A DNA stretch of 56,172 nucleotides from Tichowtungia sp. (GCA_041595735.1 JBFHJU010000001.1:1-56172), one strand, 5' to 3'. Numbered from the stretch's first letter, positions 9,965-19,530 are shown. Program-made: numbers and translations. Notes: a model not told the origin generated them from the sequence alone.

Positions 9965-10564
9965 TCAGAATTCTTTTTTCAGCTGAAGAAATGTTTTCTG
10001 CTCTCCGGTCCCGGTGTCCTCCTCGTAGATCACACCGACTCCGGAGGGAAGGTCCACTTCGGTGCCGACCGGCTCAAACTCCCCTGTTTCCGGGTTTTTC
10101 CGGACTCGTACCCGGACCTGCGGACTGTTTGATCCTTTGAGAATCCAGCGGCTGTCCAGCGGAACAGAAGCCTGCCCGCCCCCGGAAAAAATATCCTCCG
10201 TCGAGCGGGAGCCTTCGGTCACTTTCAGATGGTTCGTATTCATCTTATTGATCCAGCCGTTGCTCACAGCCTGCGTCTCCTCGAGCTCTGGAAGATCGTT
10301 CGTGTGCCATTCGCGCAGCACCTGATGCGCATCCGGCAGATGATTGGTTGCAAACAAAACCGAAGCATCCGGAACGCGAATGCGATCCAGAAAAACGGAT
10401 TCCTCGCCCTGACGGATCGTCAACGGTGCCTGAACGTGCGGGATGACCGGGGGCGGAACATGAAGGGTCCCCGCCGCCGGTTCCCGCATCGCGCAGCCGG
10501 AAAAACAGCCTGCCGCGCAGAGTGCCGCAGGCACAAGAAAAACAAAAAATCCGTTGATTTTCAT
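9965..10564 (-). CDS. Hypothetical protein, possible lipoprotein
   Basis: Hydrophobic N-terminus with Cys (LCAAGC); start 10564 or 10591. Confidence 0.5.
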   Translation of the reverse strand: MKINGFFVFLVPAALCAAGCFSGCAMREPAAGTLHVPPPVIPHVQAPLTIRQGEESVFLDRIRVPDASVLFATNHLPDAHQVLREWHTNDLPELEETQAVSNGWINKMNTNHLKVTEGSRSTEDIFSGGGQASVPLDSRWILKGSNSPQVRVRVRKNPETGEFEPVGTEVDLPSGVGVIYEEDTGTGEQKTFLQLKKEF

Positions 10565-10653
10565 CCGCCGGATGGAAGGGTGGCTTTTCATGAGCCGATT
10601 TTACAGCGACACGGCGGGAATCAAAACACTATTCTCAGAATCCACTTCGCGGC

Positions 10654-10684
10654 AAAAACGCCCCGCCGATTCCGGCGAGGCGTT
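10654..10684 (-). terminator. Putative intrinsic terminator after the ECF sigma operon
   Basis: AACGCCCCGCCG-ATTC-CGGCGAGGCGTT imperfect stem; T-run on the minus strand. Confidence 0.55.
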
Positions 10685-10705
10685 CTGCAGACTGTGCGGA
10701 ATGTT

Positions 10706-11203
10706 TTATTCCGCCGGCGGCCCCTTCCGATGCGGCTGATCGCCGCCTCCCCGGAACGGATTTTCGCCGGAGAGCAGCTTCCGCAGCTGCTCGTCGATCC
10801 GCTTTTCTTTGTTCTTTTCGCCCTCAGCCAGACGTGCCTTCATTTTCAAAATATCCGCCTCGGCTTTTTCAATCCGTTTTTCAAACTCCGCCTGCATGAG
10901 ATCGGCACTTTCGTTCAGTTTTGCGCGCAAATCTGCAGTGAGCTGTGCCTTTTTCACCGGATCGGGTTCACTGCGGACCGCGTCCGCCATTTTTTTAACC
11001 GCTTCGAAATGCGCCTTCATCTTTGCACGCTGCCCTTCGCTCAGTTGCGGACGCTTGCGCTGCATGCGCTGAGGAACCTGCTGGCCGACGGCCTCATCCT
11101 CTTTTCCACGCCCCAGTTTCCACCAGGGGGAGGGTTCCTCCGCGACCGCAGTTCCGACTGCGAAAGAAACCAGCAATAAACCTGTTAACCATTTTTTCAT
11201 CAT
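10706..11203 (-). CDS. Exported helical/coiled-coil protein in the ECF sigma operon
   Basis: Signal peptide MKKWLTGLLLVSFAVGTAVA, then a highly charged helical body. Confidence 0.7.
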   Translation of the reverse strand: MMKKWLTGLLLVSFAVGTAVAEEPSPWWKLGRGKEDEAVGQQVPQRMQRKRPQLSEGQRAKMKAHFEAVKKMADAVRSEPDPVKKAQLTADLRAKLNESADLMQAEFEKRIEKAEADILKMKARLAEGEKNKEKRIDEQLRKLLSGENPFRGGGDQPHRKGPPAE

Positions 11204-11216
11204 TCTCTCCTTTTGG

Positions 11217-11660
11217 TTACATTTCCGTTATGTCCAGCGAAGTGCCTGAAATGGACTGGATCAGGCTTTCCAGTTCCACCAGATCCGCGTCGAACTCCAC
11301 GCTCCACGCGTACGTTTCCGCCGCCGTCAAAACGGCGGCCTGTTCCGTCACGGTGTCCGGTTTGAAATCATAGGTCATAACGACCAGTGTCAGGCAGGCC
11401 GCCAGCGCCAGAATCGGCTGCCAAACCCGTGCCGGCAGCAGAATGGAGCGCCGCTCCGTCTTCAGGCGCGCGTTAATTTTTGTCACGGTCCACGGAGCAG
11501 GCTCTGCATCGGATTTGGGAAGCGCAGCACAGAGCGCGTTGAGTTCGGCGCGCTTCGCCGGGGCCTCCGGACAGGCATCCAGAATCTTCTTCCGATGCGC
11601 AGAAAGTTCACCCGACTGTTCGAGTAGAATCCATTTTTCGATTTTATCCATGTTCATCAT
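11217..11660 (-). CDS. Putative membrane-anchored anti-sigma factor
   Basis: ATGA overlap with the sigma stop; degenerate zinc-finger-like SGELS...LDACPE; single TM segment. Confidence 0.65.
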   Translation of the reverse strand: MMNMDKIEKWILLEQSGELSAHRKKILDACPEAPAKRAELNALCAALPKSDAEPAPWTVTKINARLKTERRSILLPARVWQPILALAACLTLVVMTYDFKPDTVTEQAAVLTAAETYAWSVEFDADLVELESLIQSISGTSLDITEM

Positions 11661-12238
11661 CCTGCCTCCTGTATTTCCCGGTACTCGCCGGCCAGCTCGT
11701 TCCGAAGCTTGGAAACCGCATACTGCATGCGGGCCAGCGCGGTATTGATCGAGCATTTCTGCACCCTGGCGATTTCCTTAAAACTGAGTCCGCCCTGCAT
11801 CCGCAGCCAGAACACCTCGCGCTGCTCCAGCGGAAGATTCGCGGCCGCCGCTTCGATCCGCACCCCGAGGTCGTGCCCGCCGCTTTCATGATCCGGCCCG
11901 AGCCGGTCAGACGGCAGCAGATCGCCCAGCGGCGACCCGTCTTCGCTAACCGGGGCATCAAACGAAACCGCCGGGCGGTTTTTGCGAATGCGGTCGATCA
12001 TCAGGTTGTGCGCAATGCGGAACAACCAGCTCAATAAATTTTTCTGACGGTAGCGGTTCATATTTTTTATGGCCCTCACCCAGACCTCCTGAAAGACCTC
12101 ATCGGCATCTTCACGACCTTCGGAGAATTTATAGATAAACCCGAACAACGGACCCTTGTACTTTTCAACCAGCACCCCGAGTGCTTCGAGGTCGCCGCTG
12201 CGGTAGGCTGCCAGAGTTTTTGCATCATCAATTTCCAT
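11657..12238 (-). CDS. ECF-type RNA polymerase sigma-70 factor
   Basis: DADEVFQEVW, SWLFRIAHNLMID, LPLEQREVFWL...LSFKEIA. Confidence 0.92.
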   Translation of the reverse strand: MEIDDAKTLAAYRSGDLEALGVLVEKYKGPLFGFIYKFSEGREDADEVFQEVWVRAIKNMNRYRQKNLLSWLFRIAHNLMIDRIRKNRPAVSFDAPVSEDGSPLGDLLPSDRLGPDHESGGHDLGVRIEAAAANLPLEQREVFWLRMQGGLSFKEIARVQKCSINTALARMQYAVSKLRNELAGEYREIQEAG

Positions 12239-12364
12239 GCGGTTATCTTTCTATTCCCGTCTTCTGGTTTCAATAACGCATTGACGGGATCGTTTATTGC
12301 TTCGAGAACCGTTTTTTTTCTTTTCCCCGGCAAAACAGCCGGTTCCGCCCCCGGCCGATGAACC

Positions 12365-12394
12365 AAAAAGGCTGTCCGGCAAACCGGACAGCCT
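12365..12394 (-). terminator. Intrinsic terminator of tyrS
   Basis: Perfect 11-bp stem AGGCTGTCCGG-CAAA-CCGGACAGCCT with T-run on the minus strand, just after the tyrS stop. Confidence 0.8.
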
Positions 12395-12420
12395 CAGACT
12401 GATGCATCCAATGGCAGCAG

Positions 12421-13626
12421 TTAGCAGACTGCCAGACGGGCAAACTTGCGTTTACCCACTTTGAGAATCATGCCGTCGGCAGGCGTCACAGTTCCTTTCA
12501 CATCGGTGAGCTGCTCGTCATCGATGCGCACCCCGCCCTGCTGAATCAACCGGCGCGCCTCCCCGTTCGACGGGGCAAAGCCGGCGGTCACCACCAGGCT
12601 GATCAGACCGATTTCCCCGGCCGGAAGTTTCACTTCCGGCAGATCGGAGGGCAGTTCTTTCTGAGCAAAAATACGGGCGAACTCTTCGGAGGCTTTGACG
12701 CCCTCGCCTTCCCCGGCAAAACGGTCGACCACACAGCGGCCGAGTTCATCCTTCACGGCGCGCGGGTGCAGCTCGCCGGAGGCGACCTTCGCCTGCATGG
12801 CCTCGATCTCTTCCGGTTTGCGGCAAAGGATATACAGAAAATATTTCCACATCAGCTCGTCGCTGACGCTCATGAGCTTGCCGAACATTTCCTTGCCCGA
12901 CTCATCAATCCCGACGTAGTTCTTGAGACTTTTGCTCATTTTCTGAACGCCGTCGAGGCCTTCGATCAGCGGCAGGGTCATCACGCACTGCGGATGCTGG
13001 CCGTAGACCTTCTGCAGCTCGCGGCCGAGCAGCAGATTAAAGAGCTGGTCGGTTCCTCCCAGCTCCACATCGGCCTCCACCATCACGGAGTCGTAGGCCT
13101 GCACCAGCGGATACAGAAATTCAACCAGCGAGATCGGCCGGTTGTCCGCATAGCGCTTGGAAAAGTCGTCGCGAGCCAGCAGCTGAGCGACAGTCACATG
13201 TGCCGACAGACGGATGACATCCTCGAACTTCATTTCGCCGAGCCACTCCGAATTGAAGCGGACTTCGGTTTTTTCCGGATCGAGAATTTTGAAAACCTGC
13301 TGTTTGTAGCTCTCGGCATTGACGGCGACCTGCTCGCGCGAAAGCGCCGGGCGGGTGGCGGACTTGCCGGACGGATCGCCGATCATGCCGGTGAAATCGC
13401 CGATGATGAACACAACCGTATGGCCCATGTCCTGGAACTCGCGCAGCTTGTTAAGCCCCACCACGTGACCGAGATGGATATCGGGCGCAGACGGATCGGC
13501 CCCGTATTTAATGCGCAGTCCCCGCCCCTCTTTGGCGGCGATTTCCAGCTTCTTCTTCAGTTCGTCGGCGGAAAACAAATCCACGTGACGGGCGGTCAAA
13601 AACTCAAGTTGTTCGTCAATTGTCAT
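12421..13626 (-). CDS. tyrS: Tyrosine--tRNA ligase
   Basis: GADPSAPDIHLGH, GGTDQLFN, KMSKS, C-terminal S4 domain; true start MTIDEQL at 13626. Confidence 0.97.
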   Translation of the reverse strand: MTIDEQLEFLTARHVDLFSADELKKKLEIAAKEGRGLRIKYGADPSAPDIHLGHVVGLNKLREFQDMGHTVVFIIGDFTGMIGDPSGKSATRPALSREQVAVNAESYKQQVFKILDPEKTEVRFNSEWLGEMKFEDVIRLSAHVTVAQLLARDDFSKRYADNRPISLVEFLYPLVQAYDSVMVEADVELGGTDQLFNLLLGRELQKVYGQHPQCVMTLPLIEGLDGVQKMSKSLKNYVGIDESGKEMFGKLMSVSDELMWKYFLYILCRKPEEIEAMQAKVASGELHPRAVKDELGRCVVDRFAGEGEGVKASEEFARIFAQKELPSDLPEVKLPAGEIGLISLVVTAGFAPSNGEARRLIQQGGVRIDDEQLTDVKGTVTPADGMILKVGKRKFARLAVC

Positions 13627-13801
13627 AATGCGCAGGAGAATATTGAAACGCGGATGCTGAACACAAGCGTATTCGCGCAGAGGCTTCCGGAAGACGCGTA
13701 AACTCAGCGGGCGAATCAAGATCAAACCCGGCCCCGGCCCCCGTGCGCAGGGAACGAGTGCGGATTGACGACTGCAAATCATCGGGAGTAGGATAAAAAG
13801 C

Positions 13802-15226
13802 ATGAAACAGCAGCGGCACAACTTTGGGGACGTCTCGGACCATGCCACACAGATACACCGGAAACCGAAATCCTCCGCCGAAGAGACCTCGCCGTTTCCT
13901 CCAGACTTTGAAGTGACCGGTGAATACAAAAACTGCGTCGAAGAACTGGCCAGAGGAACCTCCGTCGTTTTTGTCTCGGGAAAAGCGGGCACGGGCAAAT
14001 CGACCCTCATCCAGTACATCCGCTCCACCATCAAAAAGCGCACGATCGTTTTGGCATACACGGGGGTGTCCGCCATGACCATCGGCGGACAGACCATCAA
14101 CTCTTTCTTTGGGTTCCCCTGGGAACCCTTAACCGAAAACCTGATTAAAGCCGTCACCTACCGCTCGCGCCTCGACCTGCTCAACAAACTCGAACTGCTC
14201 ATCATTGATGAAGTCTCCATGCTCCGCGCCGATTTTCTGGACGGCATCAACTGGTACCTGCAGAAAAACCGAACCCATGGAAACGGGATTCCGTTCGGCG
14301 GGGTTCAGATTCTGCTTGTCGGGGATATGTTCCAGCTTCCCCCCATTGCAACAGAGCGGAATCATGAGCGCCAATCTCTGCTGGACTCCGGATACCCCGA
14401 TCTGTTCTTTTTCTGCGCGAAATCATTGCGGAATATTGACTTTTCCACAGTTGAACTCACCAGAATATTCCGGCAGGAAAACCGGGAGTTCCAAACCACG
14501 TTGAATCTAATCCGGGAAGGAAAAGACACGCGGCGCGCAATTGAATTTCTGAACCGGCGGTGCCCCATCCTCCCCGATCCCCCCAAAGACCGCCTCTGCA
14601 TCACCAGCCGTGTAAAAACCGCGCAGCGCATTAATGAAACCCGGCTCAAGGAACTGCCCGGCAAAAGCCATCTCTTCCCGGCATCGTATGAGGGCACCTG
14701 CGCAAAACGAAAACGGGATTCGCTGGAACAGAAAGACAAACGACTCCCGGCGCCGGACCCTCTGGAACTCAAAGCAGGCGCACAGGTCATGCTCCTGCGC
14801 AACGACAGCAAAGGCCGCTGGGTCAATGGCAGCATGGCAACTGTCCTGGAGATCGACCCGGCAAAAAATCTCCTTCAGATTAAACTTTGGAAAAGCGGTC
14901 TGGTTGCAAACATCGCGAAAGCGGCCTGGGAAGAGAAAAAGTACAAATACAACGAAAGAACCGACGCCATTGACGGCGAAGTGACCGGGGTATACACACA
15001 ATACCCGCTGACCCTCGCCTGGGCGACCACCATCCATAAAGCCCAGAGCAAAACCATCGATAAAATCCATATCGATCTGCAGGGCGGCGCCTTTGCTTCG
15101 GGACAGACCTACGTCGCGCTCAGCCGCTGTCCCTCCGTCGAAAACATCTCTCTGGCCCGTCCGCTCAAAGAAACCGACATCCGGGTTTCGGAGACCATCA
15201 CCCGCTTCTTCGACAGCCTCTATTGA
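13802..15226 (+). CDS. Pif1/RecD-like SF1B ATP-dependent DNA helicase
   Basis: GKAGTGKS, IIDEVSM, PFGGVQILLVGDMFQLPP, QYPLTLAWATTIHKAQ, GQTYVALSR. Confidence 0.9.
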   Translation: MKQQRHNFGDVSDHATQIHRKPKSSAEETSPFPPDFEVTGEYKNCVEELARGTSVVFVSGKAGTGKSTLIQYIRSTIKKRTIVLAYTGVSAMTIGGQTINSFFGFPWEPLTENLIKAVTYRSRLDLLNKLELLIIDEVSMLRADFLDGINWYLQKNRTHGNGIPFGGVQILLVGDMFQLPPIATERNHERQSLLDSGYPDLFFFCAKSLRNIDFSTVELTRIFRQENREFQTTLNLIREGKDTRRAIEFLNRRCPILPDPPKDRLCITSRVKTAQRINETRLKELPGKSHLFPASYEGTCAKRKRDSLEQKDKRLPAPDPLELKAGAQVMLLRNDSKGRWVNGSMATVLEIDPAKNLLQIKLWKSGLVANIAKAAWEEKKYKYNERTDAIDGEVTGVYTQYPLTLAWATTIHKAQSKTIDKIHIDLQGGAFASGQTYVALSRCPSVENISLARPLKETDIRVSETITRFFDSLY

Positions 15227-15419
15227 ACGGCGGCCTGTCGCGTTTCCTCATTCCCGTCCCGAATCAGAGGTCGAAAACATCGTGCCGTCATTCCCTCACG
15301 GGGATGTCCAACTGCATGAACCCGCATGGACGCCAGAAAATATCACCCTGTTTTCAGCGCCATGAAGGCGTTCATTTAACGTTCGTTTCAACCGGAAAAA
15401 ATGCTCACCCGATGGGACG

Positions 15420-16316
15420 TCAGGCCGCCTGGCTTCCGCCAGTCAGCCAGCGCAGAATGGCCGGAGTGAGCTGATCGATGGTTTCCAAGGATTGGAAAAT
15501 TCCGCGGGGGGGGCCTCCCGGTCTGCCCGAATTTTCCAAACATTGGAAAAAGAGCGGGACGGGATTGGCGGTGTGGGTGCGCACGGTGAGGTCCTCGATA
15601 TTGCCGTGATCACTGGTGACAAGGAGCCCTCCTCTGAAACGCAGCAATGCGGCAAAAAAACGGTCGAGTTTTTCCAAACATTGGAAAACCTGTTCCCGGT
15701 CGCCGCGGTGCCCGGCGCGGTCGGTCTGAAAAAATTCGAAGAGCGTGAAGTCGTGATCACCGGCAATCCCGATCAGGTGGTCCGCCGCCTCTTCGGGCGT
15801 GATGAGCGGGCCGTCGTAGCCGCGCTCCGCCCGGATCATTTCGCGGGTCAGGTCGTGGCAGACCGCGCGATTGGCGAGCAGTTCGGCTTTGCCGCGCACG
15901 CCGCCGAAGGCGGAGAGTGTCGCCACCGTGGTCACCGATTCGCGGCGCGGCGGAATGTGCGCCACATCGTCGAGCCAGTAGGCATTGGCGAAGGTGCAGG
16001 TTTTGCCGGCGGCCAGCAGTTTGGAAAAGATATTGTGCTCTTTGACGAGGGCTTTCAGGCGCGGCGGGGGAAATCCTTCGATGTGGCGGCCCATCAGGCG
16101 CGGCGCGTTGAGGCCGGTCAGCAGCGCGGCCTGACCCGTCGCGCTCTGCGGAAGCCCGGGCACCCCCAGCGAAGCATCGAGCGGCACAGAGTCTGCCAGC
16201 AGTTTTCCGAGTGCTGCGAAACGGGCACGGTCGGCCAGCGGATTGACGGCCGGGTCCTCCGACCCGAGCCCCAAACCGTCGATAAACACAAACAGGATGG
16301 GCGGAAAATTATTCAC
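15420..16316 (-). CDS. Alkaline-phosphatase-superfamily metalloenzyme (phosphoglyceromutase/phosphopentomutase-like)
   Basis: FVFIDGLG, PQSATGQ, TDRAGH, TSDHGNIED, HTANPVP; start uncertain (GTG 16316 or ATG 16331). Confidence 0.8.
   Translation of the reverse strand: MNNFPPILFVFIDGLGLGSEDPAVNPLADRARFAALGKLLADSVPLDASLGVPGLPQSATGQAALLTGLNAPRLMGRHIEGFPPPRLKALVKEHNIFSKLLAAGKTCTFANAYWLDDVAHIPPRRESVTTVATLSAFGGVRGKAELLANRAVCHDLTREMIRAERGYDGPLITPEEAADHLIGIAGDHDFTLFEFFQTDRAGHRGDREQVFQCLEKLDRFFAALLRFRGGLLVTSDHGNIEDLTVRTHTANPVPLFFQCLENSGRPGGPPRGIFQSLETIDQLTPAILRWLTGGSQAA
15483..15686. repeat. Three perfect copies of the dispersed palindrome TTCCAA-N3-TTGGAA
   Basis: Copies at 15483-15497, 15534-15548 and 15672-15686 inside a CDS (read as FQSLE, FQCLE, FQCLE). 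Confidence 0.9.
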
Positions 16317-16340
16317 TGCCGAAAAATACATCTTCCGGAA

Positions 16341-16437
16341 AAAATCATGAACAGCAAAATCATTTGTTTGATGCAAATGCGGGAAGAACCGAAAAAGCCG
16401 CACAACCGCTGAAAATGATTTTGCTGTTAATGATTTT
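16341..16437. repeat. 25-bp inverted repeat with 47-nt spacer
   Basis: AAAATCATGAACAGCAAAATCATTT (16341-16365) and AAATGATTTTGCTGTTAATGATTTT (16413-16437), one mismatch. Confidence 0.85.
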
Positions 16438-16484
16438 GTGAAATCTCAATCTGCTGTAGATTGGCGCGGTCGAAAGGAAACCGC

Positions 16485-17060
16485 ATGAAATTCATTGAAC
16501 TGGCCGCGCAGCGCGCAAGCATTCGATCCTATTCGGAGCGGATTGTGAGCAAAAAAATGCTGGATGAAGTGCTGGAGGCCGGCCGGCTGGCGCCGACCGC
16601 CTGCAACTACCAGCCCTTTCAGTTTGTGGTGGTGAAAGAAAAGGAAAACCTCGCCGCTCTGGCCGAGGGCTATCCGGCGGACTGGTTCGCAGAGGCCCCG
16701 GTGGTGATTGCGATCTGCATCCAGCCGAAAAAGGCGTGGCACCGCAAAAAACACGATGACCGCTGTTATGTCGATGTGGATGCCGCGATCGCGGCGGACC
16801 ACATGACGCTGGCAGCCGCCGAACTGGGACTCGGCACCTGCTGGGTCGGCGCATTTGACCCCAAAGTCGTGCGCAGGGTTCTTCAGATCCCCCGCAGCGC
16901 GGAACCGCTGATTCTGCTGACGCTGGGTCATCCGAATGAAAAAGGACGCCCGAAAACCCGCAAATCCATGGATGAACTGGTCAGCTGTGAAACGTGGAGC
17001 AAAAAACAGACCTCCGTTAAATCTGTAAAAACCGTAAAAGGTAACCCGTCTTCGACTTAA
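16485..17060 (+). CDS. Nitroreductase family protein
   Basis: RASIRSY, LAPTACNYQP, LAAAELGLGTCWVG. Confidence 0.9.
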   Translation: MKFIELAAQRASIRSYSERIVSKKMLDEVLEAGRLAPTACNYQPFQFVVVKEKENLAALAEGYPADWFAEAPVVIAICIQPKKAWHRKKHDDRCYVDVDAAIAADHMTLAAAELGLGTCWVGAFDPKVVRRVLQIPRSAEPLILLTLGHPNEKGRPKTRKSMDELVSCETWSKKQTSVKSVKTVKGNPSST

Positions 17061-17208
17061 ACGAGCGACAGCGTTTTAACGTTTAACGACTTGAACGAAC
17101 GACAGCGTTTTAACGTTTAACGACTTGAACGAGCGACCGCGTTTTAACGTTTAACGACTTGAACGAGCGACCGCGTTTCAACGTGTAACGACTTGAACGA
17201 ACAAACAG
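17054..17208. repeat. Tandem repeat, 34-bp unit, about 4.5 copies
   Basis: Consensus GACTTGAACGAGCGACAGCGTTTTAACGTTTAAC; units start at 17054, 17088, 17122, 17156 and 17190 (partial). Confidence 0.95.
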
Positions 17209-17214
17209 TTGACT

Positions 17215-17997
17215 ATGAGCGCATTCCTTCTGAAACTTCTGACCATTGTTGTGATTGCATACTGTGGTGCGGTCTTGTGGATGTGGAACCGGCAGGAGTC
17301 CTACCTGTTTCGTCCCAATCACTGGGATCCCCTGCCCGAGTTTGAAAAATACCGCTGGGATCGAGAAGTAAACGGCAGCAGACTGCAGGGCTGGTTCCTC
17401 GACAAGGGAACGGAACAAACCGTGATTTATCACGGCGGCAACGCCGAGGATCTGTCCGGCCACTGCGATGTGCTGTTTGAAGGATTGAAGGTCAATGCCC
17501 TGCTGGTCAACTACCCGGGATACGGACAGAGCGAGGGAACGCCCGGCGAAAAAGAAATGGTGGCGGCCTGCATTGCGGTACTCGATCGGTTCTGCAAAGA
17601 ACAGGACGCCGCCCTTTCCTCCATCTATCTGATGGGCCGCAGCCTCGGCAGCGGTATTTCCGTGCAGGTGGCCGCAGCCCGTCCGGAGGTGGCCGGGGTC
17701 ATTCTGGTTACCCCCTACGAAAGCATTGAAACGATCGCGAAGTTTCAGTATCCGTGGCTGCCCATCAAACAGATGATGCGTCATCGGTTTCGCGCCATCG
17801 ACCAGGCCCCGGGCTGCCGGGTGCCCGCACTGGTTCTGCTGGCGGAACACGACAAAGTCATTCCGGTTGAAAGCGGCCGCAAACTGGGCGCGGCATGGGG
17901 CGGCCCGAAGGAAATCATCACCCTGCCGGCGGGTCACTACGACATCAACGAGCATCCGGCCTATTTCGAGGCCATCAACCGGTTTGTTCAGCAATAA
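17215..17997 (+). CDS. Alpha/beta hydrolase with N-terminal TM anchor
   Basis: YHGGNAE, YPGYGQSEG, GRSLG nucleophile elbow, D and H (AGHYD) triad candidates. Confidence 0.88.
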   Translation: MSAFLLKLLTIVVIAYCGAVLWMWNRQESYLFRPNHWDPLPEFEKYRWDREVNGSRLQGWFLDKGTEQTVIYHGGNAEDLSGHCDVLFEGLKVNALLVNYPGYGQSEGTPGEKEMVAACIAVLDRFCKEQDAALSSIYLMGRSLGSGISVQVAAARPEVAGVILVTPYESIETIAKFQYPWLPIKQMMRHRFRAIDQAPGCRVPALVLLAEHDKVIPVESGRKLGAAWGGPKEIITLPAGHYDINEHPAYFEAINRFVQQ

Positions 17998-18027
17998 ACA
18001 CGGCCCTATAAATGCACGGCCGCGGGG

Positions 18028-18939
18028 TTATGCCTCCGCTTTCTTTTTACGCGCCGGAGCCAGCGCCGTCACCATTCCTGCCAGAATGAAGGCGCCGGCG
18101 ATCAGCTCGGACGGACTGAGTTTTTCACCGAGAACCAGCCAGGCAAACAGCGCCGCGGCAAACGGCTTGAGGAAAAAAGCCATGGACCCGGTCCCCGCTC
18201 CGACATGACTGATGCCGTAAATGTAGAGATAGTAGCCGATTGCAGTGCCGAAGGTCGCCAGATAGATTGTTCCGCCCCAGTCAACCAACCCATAGGAAAC
18301 GAACGGGGTGCCTTCGAGCGCCAGAGCAACCGGCAGAAGGATCACTCCGCCAATCAGCGAGGCCAGCGCGGTGATCGGCAGCACACCGTAACGCGGAATG
18401 ATTTTTTTTGAGAAAACAGTGTACAGCGCGAAGGTCAGCCCCGCGCCGACCATCAGCAGAATGCCGGGCACGGACATCCCGTCTGCACGACCGCCGGCCA
18501 GCATAACGATCCCCGCCAGACAGGCGGAAACCGCCAGTATTTTGCGCACAGTGATTTTTTCGCCGAGAAACAGGGCCGCCAGCATCACCACAAAAACCGG
18601 ATTGCAACTGAAGACCAGTGCCGCAATATTGGCCGGCAAAAAGGTGATTCCCAGATGGAACAGGCTGGCCATCAGAGTCACCCCGACCAGCCCGACACCG
18701 GATATCACCAGCAGATCGCGGCCGGCGAGTTTCTGACCGCGTTCGCGGAGCGATCTGAACGCCGGACCAGCCAGCATCAAACCGGTCAGCACAAACCGGA
18801 TACAGGCCAGCCAGAACGGATTCTCACCGGCGATCCCGCCGCCGGTCTGCATCAGCTTCGCCGCCACCTCGATTGTGCTGAAAAGAAGTACACCCAGAAT
18901 CAGGGCGGTCATCCCAATGCGGCGAGAATGAGACGCCAT
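18028..18939 (-). CDS. DMT/EamA family transporter
   Basis: About 10 TM segments in two EamA repeats (LFLGEKIT, LVLGEKLS). Confidence 0.88.
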   Translation of the reverse strand: MASHSRRIGMTALILGVLLFSTIEVAAKLMQTGGGIAGENPFWLACIRFVLTGLMLAGPAFRSLRERGQKLAGRDLLVISGVGLVGVTLMASLFHLGITFLPANIAALVFSCNPVFVVMLAALFLGEKITVRKILAVSACLAGIVMLAGGRADGMSVPGILLMVGAGLTFALYTVFSKKIIPRYGVLPITALASLIGGVILLPVALALEGTPFVSYGLVDWGGTIYLATFGTAIGYYLYIYGISHVGAGTGSMAFFLKPFAAALFAWLVLGEKLSPSELIAGAFILAGMVTALAPARKKKAEA

Positions 18940-19491
18940 CTAGTTCGCCTTCTTGTTTTCCCGCACCATCCGTTTGAGTGTGCCGGCTTTGAGTATTTTC
19001 GCGGTAGCGCTCATGTGGTCGACCAGCAGCACCGCATTCAGATGGTCATTCTCATGCTGGATGGCGCGCGCCAGCAGCCCTTTGGCGTTCAAAGTCTGTT
19101 CCTGACTGTTGCGGTCCAGATACCGAAGCACCACCTCCACGGGGCGGGTGACCGCGACCTGAATCCCCGGAAAACTGAGGCAGCCCTCTTCCATCACATC
19201 CGTTTCCTCGGATGCGCCGATGATTTCCGGATTAAAAACCGCCAGCGGCATGCTCACGCCGGGATTGAGCGGCCGGCCCTCGCTGTCCCGGTCGGCACGG
19301 GGCGGGATATCCAGAACAAACAGCGCCTCGGTGCGGCCGATCTGCTCGGCGGCCAGCCCGATTCCATCGGCTGCATACATCAAGCCGAACATGCGATCCG
19401 CCAGAGCGCGCAATTCATCCGTCACCGTCTCCACCGGCTGCGCCTTCTCGCGAAGCACTGGATTGCCATATGTACAAATTGGATCAGCCAT
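18940..19491 (-). CDS. def: Peptide deformylase
   Basis: GIGLAAEQ, EEGCLS, QHENDH motifs. Confidence 0.96.
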   Translation of the reverse strand: MADPICTYGNPVLREKAQPVETVTDELRALADRMFGLMYAADGIGLAAEQIGRTEALFVLDIPPRADRDSEGRPLNPGVSMPLAVFNPEIIGASEETDVMEEGCLSFPGIQVAVTRPVEVVLRYLDRNSQEQTLNAKGLLARAIQHENDHLNAVLLVDHMSATAKILKAGTLKRMVRENKKAN

Positions 19492-19530
19492 TTTACTCCC
19501 TCAATTTCCAAAAAGATGTATTCTAACTCG

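Noticed and set aside
13627-14157. 176-aa N-terminal extension of TyrS in the ORF track
   Set aside because: It overlaps the helicase on the opposite strand; TyrS-like sequence begins at MTIDEQL (13626).
15483-15497. TTCCAA-N3-TTGGAA as parS, a terminator or the LacI operator
   Set aside because: It does not match the parS consensus, is AT-rich and mostly inside CDSs, and the LacI operator is a separate CG-centred palindrome.
17054-17208. CRISPR array
   Set aside because: Units are contiguous with no unique spacers, and no cas genes are present in the window.
18655-19530. Long N-terminal extension of the B12 radical SAM ORF (778 aa)
   Set aside because: It is the antisense shadow of def and the EamA gene; family motifs begin at 19531.
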